Shown: positions 37,689 to 46,202 of the stretch, piece by piece
Layout: the number at the start of each line of letters is the position of its first letter
Numbering within the stretch: position 1 is the stretch's first letter
Sequence record: ON286972
Length of the DNA: 64,000 nucleotides
Reading direction: 5' to 3' (one strand)
DNA from: Escherichia phage A4
The notes under the pieces: model-generated
The model's input: only the letters and a program-made list of their open reading frames with translations
What the model was told of the DNA's origin: nothing
Databases searched by the model: none
Program-made: the position numbers and the translations under genes

Positions 37689-37751
37689 AAGATACTTTCA
37701 GAGGTCGCATGACTTTCCATTAAGGAACTTTAACTTAATGGAGAAAATAAT

Positions 37752-38309
37752 ATGTTCTTTGACCAAACATTTACGTTGTACCATGATTCTGGAAAAGTAG
37801 AGATTGTTGATAATCTTCTACAATATATTGCTGACCACGAAGGGGTTGAACGATTTCACAGCAAAATGAAATTTGATTTATCCGAGTTCAACAAGAAGAA
37901 TCGTGAATCATTCTGGAAAAATCGTTTCTATTATGAAATGTATCCTGAAAAGTTTGTCAGTTATTATCTCTGTACTGAAAAAGGTTTACTTGTATCGCCT
38001 GATTTACTTATGGGTGAATACATGGTTCTCTATAATGAGTACTGGGAACATAAACGTAAGGCCCGTGACACCGAATGGCGACACAAACGCTCTTACATGT
38101 ACAAGCATAACCATTTTCGCTACAAACGTCCTAAGACCCAACAAGAGCGTCGTATGGCGTGTGCAGTACTGAAGGATGATGGTGAACCTGATATTCGTGG
38201 AAAACGCAAGATGCGTTCACTACCGACATATTGGGACGATTTTAGAACAAGACACAGTACTGGCTGGAAATACAGTACTAAACGTAAACATCAATACAAA
38301 GGGAGCTAA
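37752..38309 (+). CDS. Hypothetical basic protein (185 aa)
   Basis: GGAG RBS; K/R/H-rich C-terminal half. Confidence 0.5.
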   Translation: MFFDQTFTLYHDSGKVEIVDNLLQYIADHEGVERFHSKMKFDLSEFNKKNRESFWKNRFYYEMYPEKFVSYYLCTEKGLLVSPDLLMGEYMVLYNEYWEHKRKARDTEWRHKRSYMYKHNHFRYKRPKTQQERRMACAVLKDDGEPDIRGKRKMRSLPTYWDDFRTRHSTGWKYSTKRKHQYKGS

Positions 38310-38324
38310 TGCTCCCTATTTTTA
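38301..38324 (+). terminator. Rho-independent terminator overlapping the stop codon
   Basis: Hairpin gggagcTAAtgctccc followed by TATTTTTA. Confidence 0.55.
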
Positions 38325-38336
38325 TATAGGTATATT

Positions 38337-38666
38337 ATGAACAAAATTGACGTTGAAGTTGTTATTGGCTATATTGAAATTGAACAGTGTGGTATTGATA
38401 CATTTATTGACACTCTTAATAAGTACCGTGCAGAGTACAAGGGGCACATTAGTCTTTCACCAGACGGTGGTTACGGCGGGTTCGATGGATACAATGTAAT
38501 TTGGACACGAGAAGAAACGGATGAAGAATACAATATCCGTTTGCAGTTAGAATCACAACGTCGCGAAGAAATTGAACGTCAAGAAATGAAACATTTAATG
38601 AACAAGAAATCATTAAGTGCTGAAGAGAAATCTAAACTTCTAAAATATATCAAGGATTACATGTAA
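38337..38666 (+). CDS. Hypothetical protein (109 aa)
   Basis: Track ORF. Confidence 0.5.
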   Translation: MNKIDVEVVIGYIEIEQCGIDTFIDTLNKYRAEYKGHISLSPDGGYGGFDGYNVIWTREETDEEYNIRLQLESQRREEIERQEMKHLMNKKSLSAEEKSKLLKYIKDYM

Positions 38667-39316
38667 TGAAAAATGTAACTCAAGAAAAGATTCTGTATCA
38701 CGCTAAACATAACGGTTCTTTCAATATTATTAGTCGAGAATACGTTGGTCATATGGCTAAGTTGATTGATAATTTATTGGAATTTGATTTCCTGAAATGG
38801 GAAACTAATAATCTTTGGTATGAATACGCTGGACAGCAATGGGAAAGTGATTATGATAATGCAACACATTCATATACTATCACCAAAGCAGGTGAAGTTC
38901 GTTTAGCCATTATGCGTTGTGCATATGCTTACAAAAATCACAAAGGTGAAGAAAAACATACTCGCAGAAATGAAGAGCTATTGCTTCTCATGGAATCAGC
39001 GAAAGTTACAATGTATGATTTGTTCAACCATCCGCGTTGGTATGAAAATCTAACCAAAGCAGAGTACAAAGCGTTGCGTTACATTGATGAACAGACCAAA
39101 ACGCCAATTTTAGTAGATGATGTAAGTGACGGTGAACTAAGCCTCAAATGTGTATTTGACAATTCCAGTACTGAGAGCATTGCTGACATTTCAGTACAAA
39201 TGGCACTTAAAGCTATGGAACTATTCAAGACGCAATACCAAGGTACAAATGCCGATGAAATTGAACGTGAGTTCATTACACGCGTACAGATTGCATTAGC
39301 TAAGACCAAAACTTAA
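38666..39316 (+). CDS. Hypothetical protein (216 aa)
   Basis: Track ORF. Confidence 0.5.
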   Translation: MKNVTQEKILYHAKHNGSFNIISREYVGHMAKLIDNLLEFDFLKWETNNLWYEYAGQQWESDYDNATHSYTITKAGEVRLAIMRCAYAYKNHKGEEKHTRRNEELLLLMESAKVTMYDLFNHPRWYENLTKAEYKALRYIDEQTKTPILVDDVSDGELSLKCVFDNSSTESIADISVQMALKAMELFKTQYQGTNADEIEREFITRVQIALAKTKT

Positions 39317-39334
39317 AAACATTGGAAAATAATC

Positions 39335-39520
39335 ATGAAAAGACTTGCATATGTATTAGTATTAATGTTAATATCATCTTGTTCACTAATGGACTTTAAA
39401 TACAGTACACAATACTATTCAGTGTTTGAAGAAGCACCAGATAACTGTTTACTAGAAAGTAATCAGATGTATGTCATTAATGGTGAAACAAAATTACAAT
39501 ACATTTGCAAAGAGGATTAA
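39335..39520 (+). CDS. Small lipoprotein
   Basis: Signal peptide with lipobox-like LISSC. Confidence 0.5.
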   Translation: MKRLAYVLVLMLISSCSLMDFKYSTQYYSVFEEAPDNCLLESNQMYVINGETKLQYICKED

Positions 39521-39523
39521 TTC

Positions 39524-39757
39524 ATGAAAAAGATTATCATTTCTTGTTTAGTTGCTGGGGCAACCTTACTCGTAGGCTGTGCACCTAAAGTTAACGAGAT
39601 GGATGCAGAAATGATCCGTAAGGACTTAACTAAACTGAATCATAATGGCACACTCTATGCCTGTCATGAGATGCGTCACGGACAGGATCTAAATCTTATG
39701 TGTCGCAAAATTGTTAACCGCAAACGCTTAACAACAGTTCCAAAGGATGCTCAATGA
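39524..39757 (+). CDS. Small lipoprotein
   Basis: Signal peptide with lipobox-like LLVGC. Confidence 0.5.
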   Translation: MKKIIISCLVAGATLLVGCAPKVNEMDAEMIRKDLTKLNHNGTLYACHEMRHGQDLNLMCRKIVNRKRLTTVPKDAQ

Positions 39758-39779
39758 AAGACGTAATGGGATATAAACT

Positions 39780-40139
39780 ATGAGTGATTATGTTGCATTC
39801 CTACATCGTTTTGGTAAAGCTGAAGAAAAGCACATCATTCGTCTACCAGCTTATGGTGAGAAAGACTGGTACAAAAGTACTATCAGCGTAGGTGCATTCC
39901 GTGACCGTGAAGCTGAATTCTTTCTCGGTAAGCAACATGAACGAGCAGTACTTTGCTCCCTTTGGCGTTTAGACGAATGGGATGAAGAGAATGCAAGAAC
40001 TGCGGTATCAATGCTTAAAATTGTTGGCATTGCAAACTATCAGCACCCATATGATCTATTACCTACGTTTACCCATGCTTCATTGTTTGACTTTTATAAA
40101 GCAATCGGGTATGATTATAAAAAGAAACGTTATATCTGA
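39780..40139 (+). CDS. Hypothetical protein (119 aa)
   Basis: Track ORF. Confidence 0.5.
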   Translation: MSDYVAFLHRFGKAEEKHIIRLPAYGEKDWYKSTISVGAFRDREAEFFLGKQHERAVLCSLWRLDEWDEENARTAVSMLKIVGIANYQHPYDLLPTFTHASLFDFYKAIGYDYKKKRYI

Positions 40140-40149
40140 GGATCAATCC

Positions 40150-40953
40150 ATGTCGAATCCAATCTGTAAGCATTGTTCAAAAACTAAATTCTACCATGAA
40201 CCACATACATTGAAATGTCCTAAACCTTCTCGTTCTCTTCTCGTCACTTATGAAGATGTTAATGTATATGATGAAGTAGTTTCTGAACCAAACGTTTTAG
40301 TTATTCCAGAAATCAATCAAACCGTAAGTACATTACTAGATTGGAAAGAACAGATTACCAATGTAGATGATTTTGTTATTCCGTTACATGACAAACAATG
40401 GGTTTTTGATACGATTTATAAAAATGCCGATGTTGATTGTGAAGAAGAAGCAGATGACCTAAAATGTGCATTAAACAATTGTGATGGAACTGTCGTTTTA
40501 GGTAAACCGGATACTGCAAATGATGGAACTTATCTAATGTTTGGTATGAAAACCAATATCGGTGAACTTGAAGATGATTATTGCCTTCTTGATAATATTA
40601 CATTAATAGAATGGAGTAAGCTTTCTAATTTAGAATTGATTGAAATTGGCACTTTTGAAAGTCATATGGATATTGATGAAAGTAAGAATAAAGGTATTAA
40701 TGCCTTTATGTCTGAAGTTATTGGGCGTTCATTGTATAGTCCCGATTCCGTTGATATCAAAACGACTGCTGATTGTAAAGCATTCCTAAAGCAAGAATAT
40801 GATGTTGAAAAAGCAAAACGCATTAAAAAAGAAAAATGGGGTCAAATCGAATACCGCTTATTTGAATCAGATGAAGGTAGACATTACACCTTAGTATCGT
40901 ATAACGATAAACTAATTTCTCATTACGCTTTTGCATATAACGAAGACTACTAA
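40150..40953 (+). CDS. Hypothetical protein with N-terminal Cys/His cluster
   Basis: Track ORF 39982-40953 trimmed to ATG 40150; CKHCSKTKFYHEPHTLKC. Confidence 0.45.
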   Translation: MSNPICKHCSKTKFYHEPHTLKCPKPSRSLLVTYEDVNVYDEVVSEPNVLVIPEINQTVSTLLDWKEQITNVDDFVIPLHDKQWVFDTIYKNADVDCEEEADDLKCALNNCDGTVVLGKPDTANDGTYLMFGMKTNIGELEDDYCLLDNITLIEWSKLSNLELIEIGTFESHMDIDESKNKGINAFMSEVIGRSLYSPDSVDIKTTADCKAFLKQEYDVEKAKRIKKEKWGQIEYRLFESDEGRHYTLVSYNDKLISHYAFAYNEDY

Positions 40954-40959
40954 TAGTTC

Positions 40960-40986
40960 AGTACTGTCCATGTGGCAGTACTTTTT
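40960..40986 (+). terminator. Rho-independent terminator built from the CAGTACTG palindrome
   Basis: agtactg-tccatgtgg-cagtact followed by TTTTT. Confidence 0.5.
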
Positions 40987-40997
40987 ATGGAGACTAT

Positions 40998-41615
40998 ATG
41001 ACTACATCACAAAAGTACTGGTGGATTTTGGGACACCCTGAATTTATCAATAAAGACTACGTTGATGCTCGCATTGATGTTGAGCCACACGATGTATGTC
41101 CCATCACAAATCGAATTGAAGATTATCCGGCCCTGAATACAAAAACACAGTACTGGATCGAAATGCTAACTCCGTTTTTCGATGAAGACGAAGGGAAGTT
41201 CGTTCGTGGACATGAGTACGAGTTGGATTGTGGTGGTGATACATATGAAGAAGCAATTGATAATTTATACACCAAGATCCTAGAAAAGTACGGTGATTAC
41301 ACACAAGAAGAAGCGGAAGCTAAGTATGATGCTGTACATCAGCGTGTAGTGACGAAAAGTGCTTTTCCTTCATCAATGTTCCAACCAGAAGAACTTCGTA
41401 ACACATGGGAGAACTCAAAATTATCTGAAATTGAACGTGATTATATTCCAGGTGATATTGAAAACATTAAAGGTACAATAAAAGCCTTGAAAGAATTCCT
41501 CAAAACTTGTACAATAGAAGAACAAGAAGAGGCAAACAAACATTTACAATCCGAGGAATGTAAACTATGGGTGCTTGAGGAATCACTTAGAAAAGGCATA
41601 GACTACAACATATGA
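40998..41615 (+). CDS. Hypothetical acidic protein (205 aa)
   Basis: Track ORF. Confidence 0.5.
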   Translation: MTTSQKYWWILGHPEFINKDYVDARIDVEPHDVCPITNRIEDYPALNTKTQYWIEMLTPFFDEDEGKFVRGHEYELDCGGDTYEEAIDNLYTKILEKYGDYTQEEAEAKYDAVHQRVVTKSAFPSSMFQPEELRNTWENSKLSEIERDYIPGDIENIKGTIKALKEFLKTCTIEEQEEANKHLQSEECKLWVLEESLRKGIDYNI

Positions 41616-41980
41616 ACCCGAAATTGCTTAAACTGGTAGAAGAACTCCGTGAGATGCCGCCGATTGAACAAGTTGGCAATTACAAACGGTATAGAGTAAT
41701 TGCTCGTGCACTGGATAAGAAAGGTCGAGTACTGGCTACTCGTACCAACTCTTACACACAGACTCACCCTAAGCAGAAAGGCTTTGCAATTCGTGCGGGT
41801 CGCCCTCAAGGGGAATTTTTACACGCTGAAATTTCGTGTCTTCTTGCTGCTCGTGCTGAAGTACATACTCTTCTTATCGCTCGTGTAAGTAAAGATGGAA
41901 TTCCAGTTCCAGCAAAACCTTGTGAGATTTGTACATTAGCAATTCAGGAGTACGGGGTAAAAGAGATTATCCATACATGA
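41612..41980 (+). CDS. Small CDA-fold zinc deaminase-like protein
   Basis: HAE and PCEIC zinc-ligand motifs in a 122 aa protein, distinct from cd. Confidence 0.55.
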   Translation: MNPKLLKLVEELREMPPIEQVGNYKRYRVIARALDKKGRVLATRTNSYTQTHPKQKGFAIRAGRPQGEFLHAEISCLLAARAEVHTLLIARVSKDGIPVPAKPCEICTLAIQEYGVKEIIHT

Positions 41981-42198
41981 AAATTGAACGATATCAGCAC
42001 CATACTGTACTGTTTGGTGAATCAATAATGTACTATTATATTTTTGAGCCAAAACATTCGTTACAAATAACTATATACGAAAATGGTAAATTTAAAGATA
42101 CCAATTTCCCATTACATGAATTGGCATTATATTCCAGTACTGATCACTTTAAGCATTTAGTATTTGTATATTGTATTCCAAATGAAAACGAGGAATAA
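41977..42198 (+). CDS. Hypothetical protein
   Basis: Track ORF 41929-42198 trimmed to ATG 41977 (ATGA overlap). Confidence 0.4.
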   Translation: MKIERYQHHTVLFGESIMYYYIFEPKHSLQITIYENGKFKDTNFPLHELALYSSTDHFKHLVFVYCIPNENEE

Positions 42199-42200
42199 CT

Positions 42201-42611
42201 ATGTTAGAAGATGAGTTTCTAAAATTAAGTAGAAAGATATTTGATATACTAGGTGATGAAACAGATTTCAATCTAAGCGATAAAGATATCCCATTGGAAG
42301 ATGGTGGTTTCTTTTTCGCATTTGGATCTACGTATAATCTGGATATTTCAAAGCCTATCAGTGATGATAGTGATTATACTGCAACAACATATTTTGATTT
42401 CCAGCTTAATGGACACAAAGAGCGTTTACTAACGTACAGACGTAAAGGTAGTTTCAATAGAACCGAGATTACATTAATGGATTTTGAGAAACGCATCGAA
42501 CTCGCGAAGAAACATCCATTCATCAGTACTCATGCGTTTAATAGGCTAATCGATCTATTAGACAGTTATCCAGAGACAATACGAGGGTCATTACGTTTAA
42601 ATGCAGATTGA
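42201..42611 (+). CDS. Hypothetical protein (136 aa)
   Basis: Track ORF. Confidence 0.5.
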   Translation: MLEDEFLKLSRKIFDILGDETDFNLSDKDIPLEDGGFFFAFGSTYNLDISKPISDDSDYTATTYFDFQLNGHKERLLTYRRKGSFNRTEITLMDFEKRIELAKKHPFISTHAFNRLIDLLDSYPETIRGSLRLNAD

Positions 42612-42786
42612 AATTTTTAAAAAAGAATATGATGGTGAAAGTATCTGTGATATCCAACGTGATGTACATGAAGCGTTTAATTCCAGATTCAATCCATTAG
42701 TTGCTCAAATTCCACAAGATGAGTATGGATTCCAGGAAGGTACATTTACTGTAACTATTACATGGAGTCCAGATGAGACTAATTAA
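42601..42786 (+). CDS. Hypothetical protein (61 aa)
   Basis: Track ORF. Confidence 0.4.
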   Translation: MQIEIFKKEYDGESICDIQRDVHEAFNSRFNPLVAQIPQDEYGFQEGTFTVTITWSPDETN

Positions 42787-42865
42787 ACTATTCATTGGTT
42801 GCAGTGCAATTGCAATTTATATGTTATGCTAATCTGGTCAGTTGTTATTTTGTCTATTCTATAAA

Positions 42866-42890
42866 GCACCCAAGTGGTGCTTTTTGTGTT
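42866..42890 (+). terminator. Rho-independent terminator
   Basis: Hairpin gcacc-caagt-ggtgc followed by TTTTTGTGTTT. Confidence 0.55.
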
Positions 42891-43019
42891 TGTACAGTAC
42901 TTAATCAATTGCACTTTTCCTTGATTTAGGTCAAGAGAAAAAGGCCAATATGAGGCTATAATGCTCTTTGTTGAAGTTAAATAAATTCACCCAAACGAAT
43001 AACATACAAGGAATGTGAA

Positions 43020-44825
43020 ATGCAAATAGATAAATTATATACGGACGTAACTAACTTCCTCAACCAGAGTAACGCTGATTTAACAAACGAAAATGCAAAT
43101 AAAGACGCTAAATGTGTTAATACACATCGTGATTTATTGGCAGGTATTCTTTCTAAACATTATTCCCAAGATGTGATTCCTGATGAATTGATGAAGTGGC
43201 ATAATGAAGGTTACGGTCATATTCATGATTTAGACTATTACATTAGCCCATTAACAAACTGTTGTTTAGTTAATTATCCTGATATGCTTGCTAATGGCTT
43301 CATGATTGGTTGTGCCAAGATTGAAGAACCAAAAAGCTTTGGGGTAGCTTGTACAGTACTAACACAGATTGTTCAGGCTGTTGCAAGCTCACAGTACGGT
43401 GGTCAGTCGTTGGCTCACATTGACACTGGCCTTGCACCATATGTACAAAAGTCATGGAATAAACTTCTAGAAAAACAAAAGAAATACAATCTTAGTACTG
43501 AATTCATTGAAGATGAGTTGCGTAAGGAAGTTTATGACGGTTGTCAAACAATTCTATATCAAACAAACTCAATGATCAGTACTAATGGTCAGGCTGCGTT
43601 CATTTCTTTAAGTTTAGGATTAGGTACATCTAAATTTGAAAAACTAATCACTGAACAATATTTGAAAGTACATGAAAATGGACTAGGTAAAGATAAGATT
43701 ACTCCAGTATTCCCTAAAGTAATATTCTTTCTTCAGGATGGAATTAATATGAACAGTACTGATTGTAATTATGACTTAAAACAATTAGCTATGCGTTGTG
43801 CAGCTAAACGCATCTATCCTGATTTTGTATCAGTACCTTTGAATCAAAAAGTTACTGGAAGCACAACTATTCCTGTTACTCCGATGGGATGCAGAAGTTT
43901 CTTAGGGAAATGGGAAAATACACAAGGAGAAGAAAAATACAATGGTAGATTCAACCTTGGCGTTGTGTCTATCAACTTACCACTAATTGCTCTTGAGAGT
44001 GAGTCTGATGGTGATTTCTTTGATAAGATTGACGAGCACATGAATATTGCTTACAGAGCACAGATGAACCGTGTAGAACGTTTAAAAGGTACAAAGGCAA
44101 AACAAAACCCTATACTTTTCGCTGAAGGTGCGATTGCACGTCTTGATCCTGAAGACACTATTGACCATTTATTTTATAATGGTTATGCTAGTATCAGTAT
44201 TGGTTATGTTGGGTTATCTGAGTGTTCAGAGATCCTCACTGGTTCAATTAGTAAAGAGTTCTGTATGAGTATTTTGAACTACATGAAAGCAAAATGTGAT
44301 GAATTCAAAAAAGAGAGTAACATTGCATTTAGTCTTTACGGTACACCAGCAGAATCACTATGTTATAAATTTGCACGTTGTATTGAGGCAAAACATCCTT
44401 CAGTACTGAAACGTGACTTTATCACTAACTCATTCCATCAACCAGTATGGGTTGAAAGTACACCTTTTGCTAAATGGGATTATGAGGAAAACTTTGCTTA
44501 TCTAAGCAATGGTGGTAATATTAGCTATGTCGAAACACCAAATCTAGCTAATAATATACAAGCACTAGAAACATTAATAAATTTTGCTTATACTAAAATT
44601 CCATATTTTGGTATTAATCAGAAGGTCGATAAGTGTTTTGAATGTGATTTTGAGGGTGAATTTAGTGTAGATAAAAATGGTTTCCATTGTCCGGTATGTG
44701 ACAACCGCAATGAACGCACAATGTCGGTTATTCGCAGAGTATCAGGATATCTTAGTGCACCAAATAGTCGCCCGTTCAATAAAGGTAAACAAGCTGAAGT
44801 TATTCAACGTATACAACACATGTAA
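43020..44825 (+). CDS. nrdD: Anaerobic ribonucleoside-triphosphate reductase
   Basis: 601 aa; C-terminal Cys cluster CPVCDNRNERT and glycyl-radical motif RRVSGYL; uninterrupted. Confidence 0.9.
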   Translation: MQIDKLYTDVTNFLNQSNADLTNENANKDAKCVNTHRDLLAGILSKHYSQDVIPDELMKWHNEGYGHIHDLDYYISPLTNCCLVNYPDMLANGFMIGCAKIEEPKSFGVACTVLTQIVQAVASSQYGGQSLAHIDTGLAPYVQKSWNKLLEKQKKYNLSTEFIEDELRKEVYDGCQTILYQTNSMISTNGQAAFISLSLGLGTSKFEKLITEQYLKVHENGLGKDKITPVFPKVIFFLQDGINMNSTDCNYDLKQLAMRCAAKRIYPDFVSVPLNQKVTGSTTIPVTPMGCRSFLGKWENTQGEEKYNGRFNLGVVSINLPLIALESESDGDFFDKIDEHMNIAYRAQMNRVERLKGTKAKQNPILFAEGAIARLDPEDTIDHLFYNGYASISIGYVGLSECSEILTGSISKEFCMSILNYMKAKCDEFKKESNIAFSLYGTPAESLCYKFARCIEAKHPSVLKRDFITNSFHQPVWVESTPFAKWDYEENFAYLSNGGNISYVETPNLANNIQALETLINFAYTKIPYFGINQKVDKCFECDFEGEFSVDKNGFHCPVCDNRNERTMSVIRRVSGYLSAPNSRPFNKGKQAEVIQRIQHM

Positions 44826-44834
44826 GGAGATATT

Positions 44835-45197
44835 ATGTCAATTCAAGGTAAACAAGTCATGTCTGGTGAGCACCGTGGAACTATCATGCTAATAGAAAAT
44901 GATATTGCACGTATTATTGTATCAAAGACCTTTTCTGAAGATGATGAAGTACTTTTGAGTACTTTTGATGGTGAGGTACTGCGTGATGTGGAAATTCAAC
45001 ACGCACCGAATATTGAAGGTGGGCAGCACTTGAATGTAAATGTTCTATCTAAAGAACAACTCATTGATGCACAAAATAATCCAGAAAAGTATCCGCAACT
45101 TACAATTCGTGTTAGTGGTTATGCAGTTCGTTTCAATTCACTAACAAAAGAACAACAAGATGATGTAATCAATCGTACTTTTACTAAAGGTCTATGA
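44835..45197 (+). CDS. grcA: Autonomous glycyl-radical cofactor (GrcA/YfiD-like)
   Basis: [11 protein letters not shown] and [35 protein letters not shown] are near-identical to recalled E. coli GrcA/PFL C-terminus. Confidence 0.85.
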   Translation: MSIQGKQVMSGEHRGTIMLIENDIARIIVSKTFSEDDEVLLSTFDGEVLRDVEIQHAPNIEGGQHLNVNVLSKEQLIDAQNNPEKYPQLTIRVSGYAVRFNSLTKEQQDDVINRTFTKGL

Positions 45198-45529
45198 TGG
45201 ACTTAAAACCAATTGTAGTTAACAAATATAAAGAACCATATGATGTGTATATTGGTCGTGGGTCTAAATGGGGAAATCCATTTACCCACATTAATGACAA
45301 ACAAACAAAGGCAGAGTTTATAGTTCCGACACGAGAAGAGTCGATTGAGAAGTTCAGAGAGTATCTTATCCAAAGAATTGAAAATGGTGAGGTTACTATC
45401 GAAGAACTACTTGAATTGGCTGGGAAGCGTCTTGGGTGCTTTTGTAAGCCAAAATCATGTCATGGTGATGTTCTTGTAGAAATAGTGAGTGCAATATTAG
45501 ATGAATTACCAGACGATAATCAAGGATGA
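45194..45529 (+). CDS. DUF4326-like protein
   Basis: [15 protein letters not shown] and [13 protein letters not shown] motifs recalled as typical of that family. Confidence 0.55.
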   Translation: MMDLKPIVVNKYKEPYDVYIGRGSKWGNPFTHINDKQTKAEFIVPTREESIEKFREYLIQRIENGEVTIEELLELAGKRLGCFCKPKSCHGDVLVEIVSAILDELPDDNQG

Positions 45530-45980
45530 TTTAGTTAATGGGGAGGGAGTTAGATGCTCCCTTTTTGTTTCAGGGTGTAGCCACGGATGTGAAGAATGCT
45601 TCAACGAAAAAGCATGGGATTATCGCAGTGGTTCAGAATTCAGTACTGAAACAGTTGAAATCATCCTGAATGAACTTAACAAGCCATATGTACAAGGATT
45701 ATCCCTTTTAGGTGGTGATCCATTGATGCCAAAGAATATCAGTACTGTTATTGAGTTATGTAAAGTAGTAAAAGAAAAATATCCAAATAAAGATATTTGG
45801 TGCTGGAGTGGTTATACTTTAGAGGAAATAATAAATAATCATGCCTCCGCAATACTAGAGTACATTGATGTATTAGTTGATGGTAAATTTATTCTTGAAG
45901 AAAAGAATTTAGAATTACCATTTAGAGGCTCTAATAATCAACGTATTCTTCGTAAAGGAGTAGATTATGCGTTATCTTGA
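45501..45980 (+). CDS. nrdG: Anaerobic ribonucleotide reductase activating protein (radical SAM)
   Basis: [24 protein letters not shown] (CxxxCxxC) and GGDPL; parallels recalled T4 NrdG N-terminus. Confidence 0.85.
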   Translation: MNYQTIIKDDLVNGEGVRCSLFVSGCSHGCEECFNEKAWDYRSGSEFSTETVEIILNELNKPYVQGLSLLGGDPLMPKNISTVIELCKVVKEKYPNKDIWCWSGYTLEEIINNHASAILEYIDVLVDGKFILEEKNLELPFRGSNNQRILRKGVDYALS

Positions 45981-46125
45981 TATTATTTCTGAAAAGATAC
46001 AGAAACGTGGAAATGAGTGGGTTGTTACTGACCACACAGGGAAGAAAGTTCTCGGTCGTCACCCAACCAGAAAAGAAGCACTTAAACAATTAAGAGCAGT
46101 TGAATTTTCTAAACACGGCGGTTAA
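45967..46125 (+). CDS. Small hypothetical protein (52 aa), below the ORF-track cutoff
   Basis: ATG 6 nt after AAGGAG; MRYLDIISEKIQKRGNEWVVTDHTGKKVLGRHPTRKEALKQLRAVEFSKHGG. Confidence 0.4.
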   Translation: MRYLDIISEKIQKRGNEWVVTDHTGKKVLGRHPTRKEALKQLRAVEFSKHGG

Positions 46126-46133
46126 TATGAAGA

Positions 46134-46157
46134 AGCACCCTTTGGGTGCTTTTTTTA
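46134..46157 (+). terminator. Rho-independent terminator
   Basis: Hairpin agcaccc-ttt-gggtgct followed by TTTTTTT. Confidence 0.6.
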
Positions 46158-46164
46158 TACTATT

Positions 46165-46172
46165 ATAAATAC
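46165..46172 (+). promoter_or_regulatory. T4-type late promoter TATAAATA
   Basis: Exact TATAAATA about 30 nt upstream of the 894 aa gene. Confidence 0.55.
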
Positions 46173-46202
46173 ACTATGGATATCTAGATAAAAGGGATAT
46201 AT

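Noticed and set aside
43020-44825. Intron or intein within nrdD
   Set aside because: T4 nrdD carries a group I intron, but this frame is continuous from start to the C-terminal glycyl-radical motif with no insertion evident.
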